Assembly: GCF_018350175.1 (NCBI RefSeq)
Contig: NC_058369.1
Coordinates: 5,830,001 to 5,894,000 of the forward strand
Source: Felis catus
Taxonomy: Eukaryota
DNA length: 64,000 nt
Reading direction: 5' to 3'
The position numbers and the translations under genes were made by a program. A model generated the notes under the pieces. That model worked only from the letters and a program-made list of their open reading frames with translations. It was not told the DNA's origin and did not search any database. This document shows positions 1 through 11,336 of this stretch, one piece after another. Numbering within the stretch: position 1 is the stretch's first letter; each line of letters begins with the position of its first letter.

Positions 1-135
1 TGGGTGTGGGGGCTGCTGCAGACGTCGAGTAGCCAAGGATACTGCTGAATATGCTACAGCACACAGAAAGACCTTCCACCACGAGGAAGTCTCTGGTCCC
101 AAATGTCCTTAGTGTCGAAGCTGAGAAACTCTGCG
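1..135 (+). mobile_element. MER20-like hAT-Charlie fragment
   Basis: ccaaggatactgctgaa...cccaaatgtc...gctgagaaactctg resembles the recalled MER20 consensus. Confidence 0.6.
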
Positions 136-378
136 CTGGGACTTGGTCCCTCCAGGGCTGTCTCAGGGTTAGCATTCCAGGGACCATGTTTAAGGCCGGA
201 CGGATTCACTGACCCTGACGTGGGCAGGGGGACGCAGGTGTTGGGACAGTCCCGACCCCTCAGCTTCGTACTTTCGGGACCCAAGGGCACAGAGGGAAAT
301 GGGACCTGGGTCCCCACGGCCTGCGGCCAGGCCACGGGGCGCCTGACCTTGGCCCCCTCTCTCCCTGGTCATCCGCAG

Positions 379-513
379 ATGTGGACGAGTGTGCGGACGG
401 TCAGCAGGACTGTCACGAGCGGGGCATGCTGTGCAAGAACCTCATCGGCACCTTCGCCTGCGTCTGCCCCCCAGGCCTGCGGCCTCAGCCTGGCTCCGGG
501 GAGGGCTGCACAG
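379..513 (+). CDS. FBN3: Fibrillin-3 internal exon, cbEGF ([12 protein letters not shown]...GEGCT); gene continues upstream of the window
   Basis: cag|AT acceptor at 377-378, GTATGG donor at 514; 135 nt, phase 1-1; six Cys and D-x-D-E calcium-binding consensus. Confidence 0.93.
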
Positions 514-658
514 GTATGGGTGTGCTTGGGGGTGCAGGGCCCCCCCAGGGGAGACGAGTCAAAGCAGGAGAATGTGGCGGGAAGGGAGCGTGCAGGGTGA
601 GGGGAGGCTGGCTTGCGGGGCTCCGGCCTCCCCACCGGCCTCATCCCTCCCGCCCCAG

Positions 659-784
659 ATGAGGACGAATGCCACGCGCAGCCCCGCCTGTGTGCCAACG
701 GCCGCTGCGTCAATACCGCGGGCAGCTTCCAGTGTGACTGCGACAGGGGCTTCCAGCCCAGCCCCGCTGGCACTGAGTGCCACG
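659..784 (+). CDS. FBN3: Fibrillin-3 exon, cbEGF ([12 protein letters not shown]...TECH)
   Basis: AG 657-658, GTGAGT at 785; 126 nt; six Cys. Confidence 0.93.
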
Positions 785-1312
785 GTGAGTGTGGCCACGC
801 ACGACGTGTACAGCTCTCCCAGGCCAACCCCCGCCCCCGCCCCATCTCAGCCATGCCCCTGCCTCGGCCTGGAGCCGCAGGCCAGCCCCCTCGAGTCCCC
901 ACCAGCCTCCTCTTCCTCACCCAGTCCAGGCTCCAGCCTGTCCTGTCCACTTCCCTGGATGTCCTCCATCTGCTCTGTCCCCGCTGTCTGTCTGTCCGGC
1001 CCACTGCCACTCACACCTCCTCCCTAGTGTTCCCTGGCCCCCGTGCTGCCCTTGACCGTCCGTGCTGTCCGCGGCCACAGGCGTCTCTTGACCCTACGGG
1101 TCTGCAGCTTCTGCCTCGGCCTCGGCCCCTGGAGGGCATCTGACAGTGCTAGGTGACAGCGGTCTGGAAGATTGCACCCTGCGCCCACGCACAGCTGTGT
1201 CGGAGGCACCTGGGAGCCCTTGCTAGACTCTCGGTGCCGCCGGACCCCGGGGGGGAAGGGGGCCCTGGACGGCAGGTGCCTGCCACCCACCCGCCTGCCC
1301 CGTTCTCTGCAG

Positions 1313-1519
1313 ACGTCCGGCGGGGGCCCTGCTTCTCCGAGGTGCTGCAGGCCGCGTGCCAGGCTCGCTCGAGCAGCGGTGAGGCCGTCACTAGGGCCCA
1401 GTGCTGCTGTGGGGGCGGCCGGGGCTGGGGGCCCCGCTGCGAGCTCTGTCCCCTGCCTGGCACCTCTGCCCACGGGACCCTGTGCCCCCACGGCTCAGGC
1501 TACACCGCCGAAGGCCAAG
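1313..1519 (+). CDS. FBN3: Fibrillin-3 exon, last TB (8-Cys) domain
   Basis: AG 1311-1312, GTGGGT at 1520; 207 nt; CCC triplet and GWG-x-x-CE-x-CP motif, 8 Cys. Confidence 0.93.
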
Positions 1520-2344
1520 GTGGGTGGGGCGTTTGTTCTCGGTCGTGTCTGTGTCCCAGAGGGGGCTGGGGTGTGCGAGCCAGTGCGAACCGGACCCCGT
1601 TTGTTGCTGTGCGCGTGCATGAACTCGGGCGAGCGGGTGAACAGGTGTGTGAGCCGATGTGTGTGTGTTCTTTGTTCTCTGCGGGCTCATCGGGGAGTGT
1701 GTGAAAAAGGGTGCGGACCGGTGTGCATTCACTGGTGTGTGTGTTGTGCGTGCCGGCCGCATGAGGAGCATGTGCCGGAAGGTGGGTCCGTGTGCTTTGG
1801 ATTCCAGCGAGTTCCACGAGGGCGGGTAGGTGTGCGAGCGAGTGTGAGTGACTGCGTTCACGAGTATGTCTCCTCCAGCGTGTCAGTGAGGGTGGGACAG
1901 GTCACCCCAAGCGAGCAGCGGTGACCCCCAGGTCTGACGAGGGTGTGTCTGGCGGGGGGGGGGGGGCGGGGGAGACAGAGGAGCCGCGGGACGTGTGTCC
2001 CTGTGATTCTGCAGGAGTGTCGGCCTGTGGCTGGCGTGCAGTGTGCGTGTACCTCTGCCTGTGCTTCTGCATTTGTGTGCGTGTGCCCTGAGGTGTTGCA
2101 GTGAGGCTGCGGGAGGGCGCGTTCCCCCTGCCAGGTGCCCTCGGGGGGGTAGCGAAAGGAGCTTCATTAGTGAGTCCGGGGCGGGACTCGGGGCGGGACT
2201 CGGGGCCTCGGGGAGGGGTCCCTGGGGTCAGGCGGGGCAAGTAGAGGCTGGCCTCGCCCGGGGGAGAGGGCTGCCGGCCAGAGGGTGGAGGTGTGCCCCA
2301 GGGACCCGAGGCGGCCAGCGCCGCTGAGCCCTGCTTGTCCCCAG

Positions 2345-2470
2345 ATGTGGACGAGTGCCGCACGCTCGCTGACCTCTGCCCTCACGGCGAGTGCATCAAC
2401 AGCCTCGGCTCCTTCCGCTGTCGCTGCCAGGCTGGGTACGCGCCGAATGCTGCTGCCACAGCCTGCCTGG
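2345..2470 (+). CDS. FBN3: Fibrillin-3 exon, cbEGF (DVDECRTLADLC...ACL)
   Basis: AG 2343-2344, GTGAGC at 2471; 126 nt; six Cys. Confidence 0.93.
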
Positions 2471-2677
2471 GTGAGCCTCCCGCCCCCGTCCCCTGGCCCG
2501 GCCCGGCCCGGCCCCGCTCCCTCTGCACAGCACCTGGCCTTCGCTTCCGGCCGAACCCAGGAAGCAGAGCATCCCCAGTCCCGCCCCCAGCCCCGACCTC
2601 ATTTGGGCAACTTTCCTCCTGTTACTTTGTGCATCCTAAGATTTTCGGTTTCGTCGTGTAGCAGGTGTTCATCGAAG

Positions 2678-2900
2678 TCAGGGGTCAGCAAACTCCCTCC
2701 AGCTCAAGGGCCTAGTCCGGCCCTCTGCTTCTTTTTGTTATTAAAGTTTTATTGGCAGCCATAGCTATTTGGTTTCCTCTCCCTCTGTGGCTGCTCTCCT
2801 GCCACAGAGGCAGAGCTGAGTAGTTGGAACCAGAACCATGTGGCCTGCAAGGGCAAACATGTTTAATCTCTGGCTTTTTACAGAAAAAGCGTCCATTCCT
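2678..2900. mobile_element. MER58-like hAT element
   Basis: caggggtcagcaaact...aaagttttattgg...tggcctgcaa...tttacagaaaaag. Confidence 0.6.
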
Positions 2901-3045
2901 TGTATAAGCCCATAGATTCTGATTGGTTCGGGCCTGGGAAGGAGGCCTCAGCAGGACCTGAGTGGAGACCCCAGCCCCTGACCCCCTGGGGGGGACATCC
3001 GTCTGACACCAACCCCCCCCACCCCACATGCTACCAACCCTCTAG

Positions 3046-3168
3046 ATGTAGACGAGTGTGGCCAGGCGCCCACGCCGTGTACCTTCCTCTGCAAAAACAC
3101 CGAGGGCAGCTTCCTGTGCACCTGCCCCCGAGGCTACCTGCTGGAGAAGGACGGCAGGACCTGCAGAG
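3046..3168 (+). CDS. FBN3: Fibrillin-3 exon, cbEGF ([25 protein letters not shown]...TCR)
   Basis: AG 3044-3045, GTGATG at 3169; 123 nt; six Cys (hand-translated). Confidence 0.92.
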
Positions 3169-3325
3169 GTGATGTCCCCCCCCCAGGCCCTGTGGGGCTT
3201 CGTCCCCCACCCCCCGGGGATGCCCCGGGCACATCCCCGGCCGCTCACCCCCGGGTCTTTCCCCTGGGAAGCCCCCGGCCCCGGGGGGGCCCTGCCCTGA
3301 GCCCGCGGGGACGTCTGTGCTGCAG

Positions 3326-3442
3326 ACCTGGACGAGTGCTCCTCCAGGAACCACAACTGCCAGTTCTTCTGTATCAACACCGTCGGCTCCTTCACCTGCC
3401 ACTGTCCCCCCGGCTTCACCCAGCACCACCAGGCCTGCCTCG
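3326..3442 (+). CDS. FBN3: Fibrillin-3 exon, cbEGF ([16 protein letters not shown]...ACL)
   Basis: AG 3324-3325, GTGAGT at 3443; 117 nt; six Cys. Confidence 0.92.
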
Positions 3443-4246
3443 GTGAGTCCTCTCACCCCGCCCAGCCCCTGGCACGTGACGCTGGCCTTCGCTCACTTGT
3501 TCTCCAAACAAGCGACAAGCCCCCCGTGTGTGCCAGACGGCGGGGACACAGAGGGGGTCAGAACAAAGCCCCTGCTCTGTTGGTGCCCACATCCTGCCAA
3601 TGCCTAGGACTTCGGTCTCCTTCCTTGCCCTAGGGACCTGGGAGGAGGAGTCCCTCTGACCTCAGCCCAGGACGCTCACCTTTGCCCCTGACCGGTCCCT
3701 GATGGGTCTCTCTTCTACGGTCTCACGGGGTCCAGAGCGGAAGTTGGTTCCGAAGCCAGAGTTGCAGGGGCAACTGTCACTCCCATCGCTTTTTAGGGTC
3801 TCGTGGCCTGGGAGAACCAGACCTCCCCTGGGGGCCAAGCCCAGCCATGGGTGGCCCCATTCAGGCTCCCACTGGTCCACTCAGCCCATACCTACTGAGA
3901 CCTACGGTGGACCAGGCTGTGCTCTGGCCCGGAGGTCTTTGGACTCCAACCCTCAGGTCAGACCTGCCCAGCCCCCTACTTGCTTCTGTTAACAAAGTTT
4001 GGTCGGCACACAGCCACGCCCATTTATTTGCATAGGGTCTGTAGTCGCTGTTGCGCTAAAATAACAGAGTCAGAGCCAAGTCGTTGCCACAAAGTCACAC
4101 ATACCTCCTAGCTGTCCCTCTACAGGAGCTGTTTGCCTCGCCCTGTTCTAAACCCTGAAGGTGCAGCAATGAACACAGGAGGCAAGCTTGCTGCCGCCAT
4201 GGGCTGTCCCTGCTAATAGGGACTCCAAATAGACACAAACAGCAAA

Positions 4247-4465
4247 GGCGCGCCTCGGTGGCTGAGTCAGTTAAACGCCTGACATCGGCTCAGGTCACGA
4301 TCTTGAGGTTCGTGGGCTCGAGCCCCGCGTCGGGCCCTGTGCCGACAGCTCAGAGCCTGAAGCCTGCTTCGGATTCTGTGTCTTCCTCTCTCTCTGCCCC
4401 TCCCCTGCTCCTGCTCTGTTTCTCTCTGTCTCTAAAAAACAAATAAACATTTAAAAAAATTTAAA
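4247..4465 (+). mobile_element. CAN-SINE (felid type)
   Basis: tRNA-derived head, (CT)n tract, AATAAA/A tail. Confidence 0.9.
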
Positions 4466-5018
4466 AACAAACAAACAGTAAGCTAACACCATAGCCTGTT
4501 GGAAAGTGATGCATGGCATGAGAGAAAGATAAAGTGAAGCAGAGTAAGGAGATCAGGAAGGCTGCAGGTTTTCCACTAGGGATCAGGAGAAGCCACATCC
4601 AAAGGGACTTTTGTACAAAGAGCTGACAGAGGTGAAGGAGGGAGTCACATGCCCGTCTGGGGAAGAGCCTTCCAAGCCTTGAAACGAGATGCGTTTCTCT
4701 TTTTCTGCACATTCAAGTTATCTTCCCTGCTTCCTAAGATGAGCACGTTTAATGTGGCATCTGTATGAGTTTGTAGCTGTTTGCACGTACACATGCGGGC
4801 CCGTGTGCCAGTGCAGACACCCAGCAAGCTCCCGTGGGACTTCTGTCTCTGGAACAGAGTTGAAATTCTCAGCCAGGCTCCCCACTGCGTAGTTACCAGG
4901 GATTGAGGGCTCCAGATCATTCATGATTCACATCTGTATAGCCTATACTCCTGGTGGGTGGTCTGAGGCTAACTAGATCAAGGGTCTGCAAATTTTTTCT
5001 GTAAAAAGCTCTAAGATT

Positions 5019-5310
5019 GGGGCGCCTGGGTGGCTCAGTCAGTTAAGCAACCGACTTTGGCACAGATCATGATCTCACGATTCGTGAGTTTGAACCCTGT
5101 GTCAGGCTCTGTGCTGACAGCTCAGAGCCTAGAGCCTGCTTCAGATTCTCTCTCTCTCTCTCTCTCTCTCCCTCTCTCTCTCTCCCCCCCCTCTCTCTCC
5201 CCCTCTCTATCTCCCTCTCTCTCTCCCTCTGCCCCTCCCCAGCTTGCACTCACTCTCTCTCTCTCTCTTTCTCTCTCTCTCAAAAATAAATAAATAAACA
5301 TTTAAAAAAA
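5019..5310 (+). mobile_element. CAN-SINE with expanded (CT)n, inserted in a MER58-like element (about 4980-5450)
   Basis: ggggcgcctgggtggctcagtc head; about 130 nt CT tract; A tail. Confidence 0.9.
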
Positions 5311-5849
5311 TAGCCTTGCCATTTTAGGCCAAAAGCAGTCACAGACAACATGTCATAAATGAATGGGCATAGCTGTGTGCCAATAAAATTTGTTTACGAT
5401 AAACAAGCAGTGGGCCAGATTTGGGTCTCAGGGCCTCTGTTTGCTTATGATTAAACTAGAAGATCAAACTTACATGACCACAGTATGCCCCCCTGACCCT
5501 TGGCCTGCTTCGTGGATGCAAGGGAAAGAGACCATAGTCGTGCCAGAGACCTCTCTCTGGTGAAATCCTGGCAGGAATCCAGGGCTAGTCTCTGTGGCCC
5601 CTCAAAGGACAGCTCAGGCATGGCACCAGCAGCAGATACAGGAGCCACTCTGGCTGAGGAGCCCAGGTCCCCAGCGCCTCTCATACCCGAGAGAGATCCC
5701 AGGTCCCCAAAGGGAGGCGTCTGGTGTCAATCTTCATACCCTAGGGAGCCAAAATGAGGGTTCCCCCGCCCCACCCTGGAGATGCACTGCTCACTCCCTA
5801 AACTCCCAGCATGGGCCATTAGCACGGTAGCCACACTGTCTGGTAACCA

Positions 5850-6215
5850 GCCCGTCTCTGCTCGCACTGATGGCACAAAACCACAGACTGGGCAGCTTGA
5901 ACGACAGACACTTGTCGCACGCGGTTCTGGAAATTGGAAGTCCAAGGCCAGGGTGCCCGCCCGGTCGGTTTCTGGTAAGGGCTCTCCTCCGGCTGGCAGA
6001 TGGCTGCCTTCTTGAGGTGTGCTCCCATGGCAGGGAGAGCAAGCTCTCTGGTGTCTCTTCTTACAAGGGCACTAACCCCGTCCTCAGGACCTCACCCTCA
6101 CGGCCTCATCTAAACTGAAGCCCCTGCCGGAGGCCCCACCTGCAAACACCATCACTCTGTGGGGGTAGGGTTTCAACATACGAATCTGGACTGGAGGGGG
6201 GACAGCCACTTTCAG
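5850..6215 (-). mobile_element. MLT1-like MaLR LTR
   Basis: ggttctgga...ggaagtccaag...cttcttacaagggcactaa...gtttcaacata motifs. Confidence 0.65.
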
Positions 6216-6684
6216 TCCATAATCCAGGCTGACATGTCATGATGGGCCGGTGTCCGCGAGGACAGAGTGCACTGTTACCCCCAGGAAAAGGGGTTTTGTT
6301 CATCCCTGAGTCCCGTGCTGAGCACTGTCCCGAGCCCTGTGTGTGACTGGATTAATCTCCCAAAACCGCGGTGAGGGAGGTGTTACCATCTCTGTGCTAC
6401 AGCTGGGGAGACAGGCCCACAGGGGGTAAGTCAGCCACCCCAGGCCACACAGCTTTGAGGTGCCGCAGACGAGATTCAAAGGAAGTCGTATACGTGCTTC
6501 ATCTCAAACGTTCAAGGCAGTTCTGTGATGTGGGAGCCGCTACGGATCTCATTTCACAGAAGGGGAGACTGAGGCACGGAGAGGGCCAGTGACTTGCCCG
6601 GGAGCTGGGTAGGCCCAGCATTGTGGTGCTGGCCGTGAATACCCTAACCGCTAGGCTGTCCTGCCCGTTCCCTGTCCTCTGCAG

Positions 6685-6813
6685 ACAACGACGAGTGCTT
6701 GGCCCAGCCTGGCCCATGTGGCACCCGGGGGCACTGCCTCAACACCCCGGGCAGCTTCAGCTGTGAGTGCCACCGAGGCTTCACCCTGGACAGCTCAGGC
6801 CATGGCTGCGAAG
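6685..6813 (+). CDS. FBN3: Fibrillin-3 exon, cbEGF (DNDECLAQPGPC...GCE)
   Basis: AG 6683-6684, GTAGAG at 6814; 129 nt; six Cys. Confidence 0.92.
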
Positions 6814-6902
6814 GTAGAGCTGGGCTTTGGGTGGGCTCTGGGCCTGGGCTGTGGTCCCCAGGGCCACCGGGCGAGCCCTGCCACCCGGTCTCTGTCTCGC
6901 AG

Positions 6903-7022
6903 ACGTGGATGAATGTGACGGGCCCCATCGCTGTCGGCACGGCTGTCAGAACGAGCTGGGGGGCTACCGCTGTGGCTGCCCCCAGGGCTTCACCCCGCAC
7001 TCCCAGTGGAGCCAGTGTGTGG
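6903..7022 (+). CDS. FBN3: Fibrillin-3 exon, cbEGF ([11 protein letters not shown]...QCV)
   Basis: AG 6901-6902, GTGAGT at 7023; 120 nt; six Cys. Confidence 0.92.
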
Positions 7023-7712
7023 GTGAGTGTCAAGGGCCCCCCATCAGGATCTGTTGGGAGCAGGCAACTAGGAACCGCCCCCACCCGGGATGTTGGGATA
7101 AAGCACAATGACCTAAAGTGCTTCTGGGCCGGCCCGGGAGGTAGTGAGGTCCCCACTGCTGGGGAGACTGGGGAGTCGGGGGGCTGCAGATAAAGCACGG
7201 CCAGGTTCAAGCCCATTTCTTTGGGAGTGGTGGCCTGGAGGGCCCAGCTGAGAAGGATTCTGAGTCAGCACCTGTGAACACTAGGAAAGAGTTCTGTGAT
7301 TGATTGGTGATGCCTGCCGTGGGTGTGGCAGTAGCAGATGGGAGCGTGTGCTGTATCTTTGCCTTAGCTGCTCCCGAGGCCCTCAGTTTGGGGGACTAGC
7401 CTGTGCCCCAGCCTCCTCCATCGCATACTTCTCTTTGTGCTCCAAGCCCTCCTAGCGACAGCCTCGTCCTTACCGCCTCCGTTTGTGCCTTCCGGACGGT
7501 CTGGCTTTCGCCCTCTACCCTTGGGCCCACTCTCTCCAGGCACCTCCACCTCCGCTGCTCTGGGCACTGCTGCCTGCCCCTCCCAGACGCTCTCCTCCCT
7601 CAGCCTCTCTGATTGACGTTGCCTTCTCTCTGGTTCCTCCTCCTCCCCTGATGGTGGGTCCTCAGCTAAGTTTCCATCTTTCCCCTGCTGTGTGGCATTC
7701 GGCCCCTGGGGA

Positions 7713-7713
<1 letters not shown>

Positions 7714-7754
<41 letters not shown>
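7714..7754. repeat. (CA)n microsatellite
   Basis: About 20 perfect CA units. Confidence 0.95.
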
Positions 7755-7756
<2 letters not shown>

Positions 7757-7935
7757 CTTCGCCTCTGCTGCCGGTTCTCCTTCTCAGCCTGCTTCCCCCT
7801 CTGCTTTCTCATTTGCTCACTCCTTCTGCAGTGGGCTGTCCGGGGTCTGTCTTGCGTCAGGCCCTGTGGATACAGAAGTGGGCCAAGTAGCAGACTCTTG
7901 TCTAGTTAGTGGTGGGGACAGGGATGAGTTAGGCT

Positions 7936-8145
7936 CATGGTTCTCAACTGGGAATCATTTCGCCCCCTCGGAGACGTTTTGAAGCGTCTGGGATACATTT
8001 TGCTCGTCCCGCCTGGGAGGTGGGAGCTCCGGCATCTAGTGGGTGGGGGCCAGGGATGCTGCTTAATGTCGTGTGGTACACAGGACAGCCCCCACCACAG
8101 AGAATGGCTTGGTCCCAGATGTCAGTAGTGCCAGGGAAGAAACCT
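7936..8145 (+). mobile_element. MER20-like element
   Basis: ggttctcaactggg...ggcatctagtggg...ggccagggatgctgct...cagcccccaccac. Confidence 0.75.
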
Positions 8146-8397
8146 CGTTCGAGATCATGCCGCCATTTAGGATTTCTGGGAAGTTCCAAGAAATGCTTGG
8201 AAGGAGAATTACAGGGCTAGGGCAGACCTAGTCCCGGGGCTGATGGGGAGCCTGATGGAGGTTGACTTTGACCCTGGGCTCTGGAGGAGGAGCCGGAGTT
8301 AGTGGGTGGAGATCAGGAGGGCTGTGGGTGGGGGGCCTGGGGGTGCAGAGGCCACCCCCTGCCCCCCGCGTTTCCTCTCCCCTCTCCCCACTCACAG

Positions 8398-8632
8398 ACA
8401 AAAACGAGTGCGTGCTGTCGCCTGCGGCCTGCGGCAGTGCCCCCTGCCACAACACGCTGGGTGGCTTCCGCTGCGTCTGCCCCTCTGGCTTTGACTTTGA
8501 CCAGGCCACGGGGGACTGCCAGGACGTAGACGAGTGTGCCGCGCAGGGCGGCCCCTGTAGCTACGGCTGCGCCAACACCGCCGGTGGCTTCCTGTGCGGC
8601 TGTCCCCAAGGCTACTTCCGGGCTGGGCAAGG
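8398..8632 (+). CDS. FBN3: Fibrillin-3 exon with last two cbEGF domains (DKNEC...GYFRAGQG)
   Basis: AG 8396-8397, GTGAGG at 8633; 235 nt, phase 1-2; fibrillin-typical GYFRxGQG/HC ending. Confidence 0.93.
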
Positions 8633-9175
8633 GTGAGGGGATTGCGTAGGGCGGGCACAGATTCCCAAACCCTGCGAGAGCACGCGCACACGCACGCACG
8701 CACACACATACACACAGGTGGGCCCGTGTTCACATGCATTTTACACACGTGTGCACGGAGCCCTGAGCACACGTATGGGTGTGCACACAAGCTCACACCC
8801 GATTCTGGCATAATTACCTTCGTGGCAGATGAACCCACCCGGTAGATGCACACTTCTCTGTAATACACTTGAGCACACGGCTCACACGGATGCCAGCACG
8901 CCTGCGGACCCCTCCGCGTTCACGTATCCCGGTGTGCACATGTGTGCACATACACATCAGCATCCTGGGGTGTGAGCAGGTTCGCACCTAGGCCCAGGTC
9001 AGCCAAGGGATGCGTGCACACGAGCGGACATCCCTTGTGTGGGCACAGCCACACATTTACACACCAGCACCTGCCCCCGTGGGCAGTGAGGCTCAGGGCG
9101 GGGGCTGGAGGGACTGGCTGGGGAGATCCCGCCAGCCTGCCCCTGAAGGCCTACCGCCACCTCGTCCTGGCCCAG

Positions 9176-9323
9176 GCACTGCGTCTCTGGCCTGGGCTTC
9201 AGTGCCGGGCCCCGGGAGACGCCAGGAGAAGAACTGATTTCATCTGAAGCCTGCTATGAGTGCAAGATCAACGGCCTCCCGCCTCGTGACCGGCCACGGC
9301 GCAGCGCCTACGGCGGCCACCAG
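9176..9323 (+). CDS. FBN3: Fibrillin-3 penultimate exon (HCVSGLGF...EACYECKING...RPRR/SAYGGHQ) containing the furin site
   Basis: AG 9174-9175, GTCAGG at 9324; 148 nt, phase 2-0; fibrillin signature ACYECKING and R-x-R-R at 9291-9302. Confidence 0.93.
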
Positions 9324-10333
9324 GTCAGGAGAATGAAGGGACAGGAAAGTTGGGTCGGAGGGGCGCTCGCTATTAGATTAACTAAATATGAGTGCGTTGC
9401 TTTGCCTTCTTTTCCCCTCTTGTTTCTTCCCCCCCCTTTCCTGGAAAAACAGTGGCTCTATATGTCATCCCACTGTTACATATATTTTCTGTAAGCTTCG
9501 CAGGGGTAGGGCCCTGTGTCTGTAAGAGTGAGGGGAGTGGTTGTCAGGGCTCCTGGGATGGGCGCCAGCGGATCTGGGCAGAGGAGGGCCGGGCGGCCCC
9601 ATGGCTTTGCCTGCAATACTCACAGACTGCCAGCAGGTGTCAGCAAGGGCACGTGTCTGCGCAACACGCTGGGGAAGGGCAGAAGTGTCCAGAACCCAGG
9701 GGCAGGGAAACAGGAATAGCTTTCACTTTAACACAACAAGGGAACCACCCCTCAATATGTAAATTAGGCGAAACCAACACCAAGGAGAAGAAAACACAGA
9801 TAACCTCCTGTGGGACTGGCTAGTCACCAAGCCCGGGCTAGCCTGCCATTGAGGCCCCTGGCTTATTCAGGGCCCTGTCCGGCTGCCAGGACCAGGAGCG
9901 CGCTCACAGCAGTTCACATAAAGAGGGGTTTGTCATCGGCACACAGGGTGCTCTCAAAGAGCCCAGATGCAGGAAGTGCAGCAACCCCCACCCCCACCCT
10001 GGCACCGGAAAGCAGCTCCTCTCTGGTGCAGCCAGGTCTTGTGTTTCTCACTGTGGCGGCTTCAGCGTCGTGTGGACAAGTGGCCGCCTATCTGCCCGTC
10101 TTTGCTTTCCCCTGGGGAAGCCGCCTCCGCCGTCACGCCTCTGTCTGTGGCCCAAGCTGACGGTGGGCCTTGTGATGGAGGGCTAGATGGAGGTCAAAGG
10201 CGGAGAGTGCCCCAGGTTGTCCTCCGGTTTAGAGACTGGCTGAAATCTCTCAGCCGTGACCCCGTGGTCCCCTACCCACTGCGTTCCGACGCTCCCCGCC
10301 TCTCACCGTCCTCTGCCTGGTCTTTCTCCACAG

Positions 10334-10672
10334 GTGAGCCTGGCCAGCCTTGACTCAGAGGCCCCACTGACCTTGGGCCTGAACCTCTCGCGCCTGAGCC
10401 AGGCCGAGCACATCCTGGAGCTGCAGCCAGCGCTGGAGAGCCTGGCGGGACGGGTCCGTTATGTCATCGCCCGTGGCAATGAGCAAGGTTTCTTCCGCAT
10501 GCATCACCTCCGTGGCCTCAGCTCCCTGCAGCTGGGGCGTCGGAGGCCCGGGCCTGGAACCTACCGGCTGGAGGTGGTGAGCGTGGCAGGGCCCTGGGGC
10601 ACCTGGCCGGAGGGGCAGCCGGGACCAGGGGGCCGGGCCTTGCGGCTGAAGGTGCAGCTACAGCTGCTGTAG
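10334..10672 (+). CDS. FBN3: Fibrillin-3 terminal coding exon (VSLASLDSEAPL...LRLKVQLQLL*)
   Basis: Polypyrimidine tract plus AG 10332-10333; 112 codons plus TAG; resembles the human FBN3 C-terminus as recalled; adjacency to CCL25 supports FBN3 over FBN1/FBN2. Confidence 0.93.
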   Translation: MSLASLDSEAPLTLGLNLSRLSQAEHILELQPALESLAGRVRYVIARGNEQGFFRMHHLRGLSSLQLGRRRPGPGTYRLEVVSVAGPWGTWPEGQPGPGGRALRLKVQLQLL

Positions 10673-11330
10673 TTGGAAGGACACCCCCTCCCCCCACCTC
10701 CTGGCAGACCCCAGGCCCCTCCCGCAGCCCCCGCTCTGGACTCACTGCACGGGCCCTGCCCAGTCCTTGCCTCGTTCAGTGGGATTTGGAGGAAACTGAG
10801 GTCACCGAGCTCACCGCACACCGCAGGGAGCCCCCGGGGTCCCTGGTGAAGCCCTGGACTCAGCGCGCCCCGGCGCCCCCCGTTCGTCCTCTCCAGAGCT
10901 TGGGACGGACCGACCCCACCAGCAACGGGGTCACTGACCGGGAGGAGCCCCAGAACTCAGGAAGAGTAAAATGCTGTGCTGTGACCTCAGGCAAACCCAG
11001 CCTCTGCCCAGGGGGACCCCGACACTCAGCTAGAGACGGCTGGAAGCTGGCGCACACACCCCCCTTCTGCAACAACCAGGGTCACGGAAGGGCCTGTGAT
11101 TCGCCGAGTCCGGTCAGCCTCAGGCTTCCACTTCTGCACTGCACCGCGGCTCACCCCCCGGGGGTCGATGGGACATGGAAACGGACAGCTGGGGGGTGCA
11201 CCTGGGGCTCGACCCTCCGAGCCGAAGAGCCTGTGGGGCCCCAGCCAGAGTTGGTGACACCACCACGCTCGGGCCCCCGGTGGGGTGGGCTGGGGTTCCA
11301 GGATGCTTTTATATCAAAAGCAGAGACCAC

Positions 11331-11336
11331 AGTAAA
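11331..11336 (+). terminator. Probable FBN3 polyadenylation signal (variant AGTAAA)
   Basis: No AATAAA seen after the stop; AGTAAA with an upstream TTTTATAT and downstream T/GT-rich tract; a second AGTAAA lies at 10965-10970. Confidence 0.55.
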
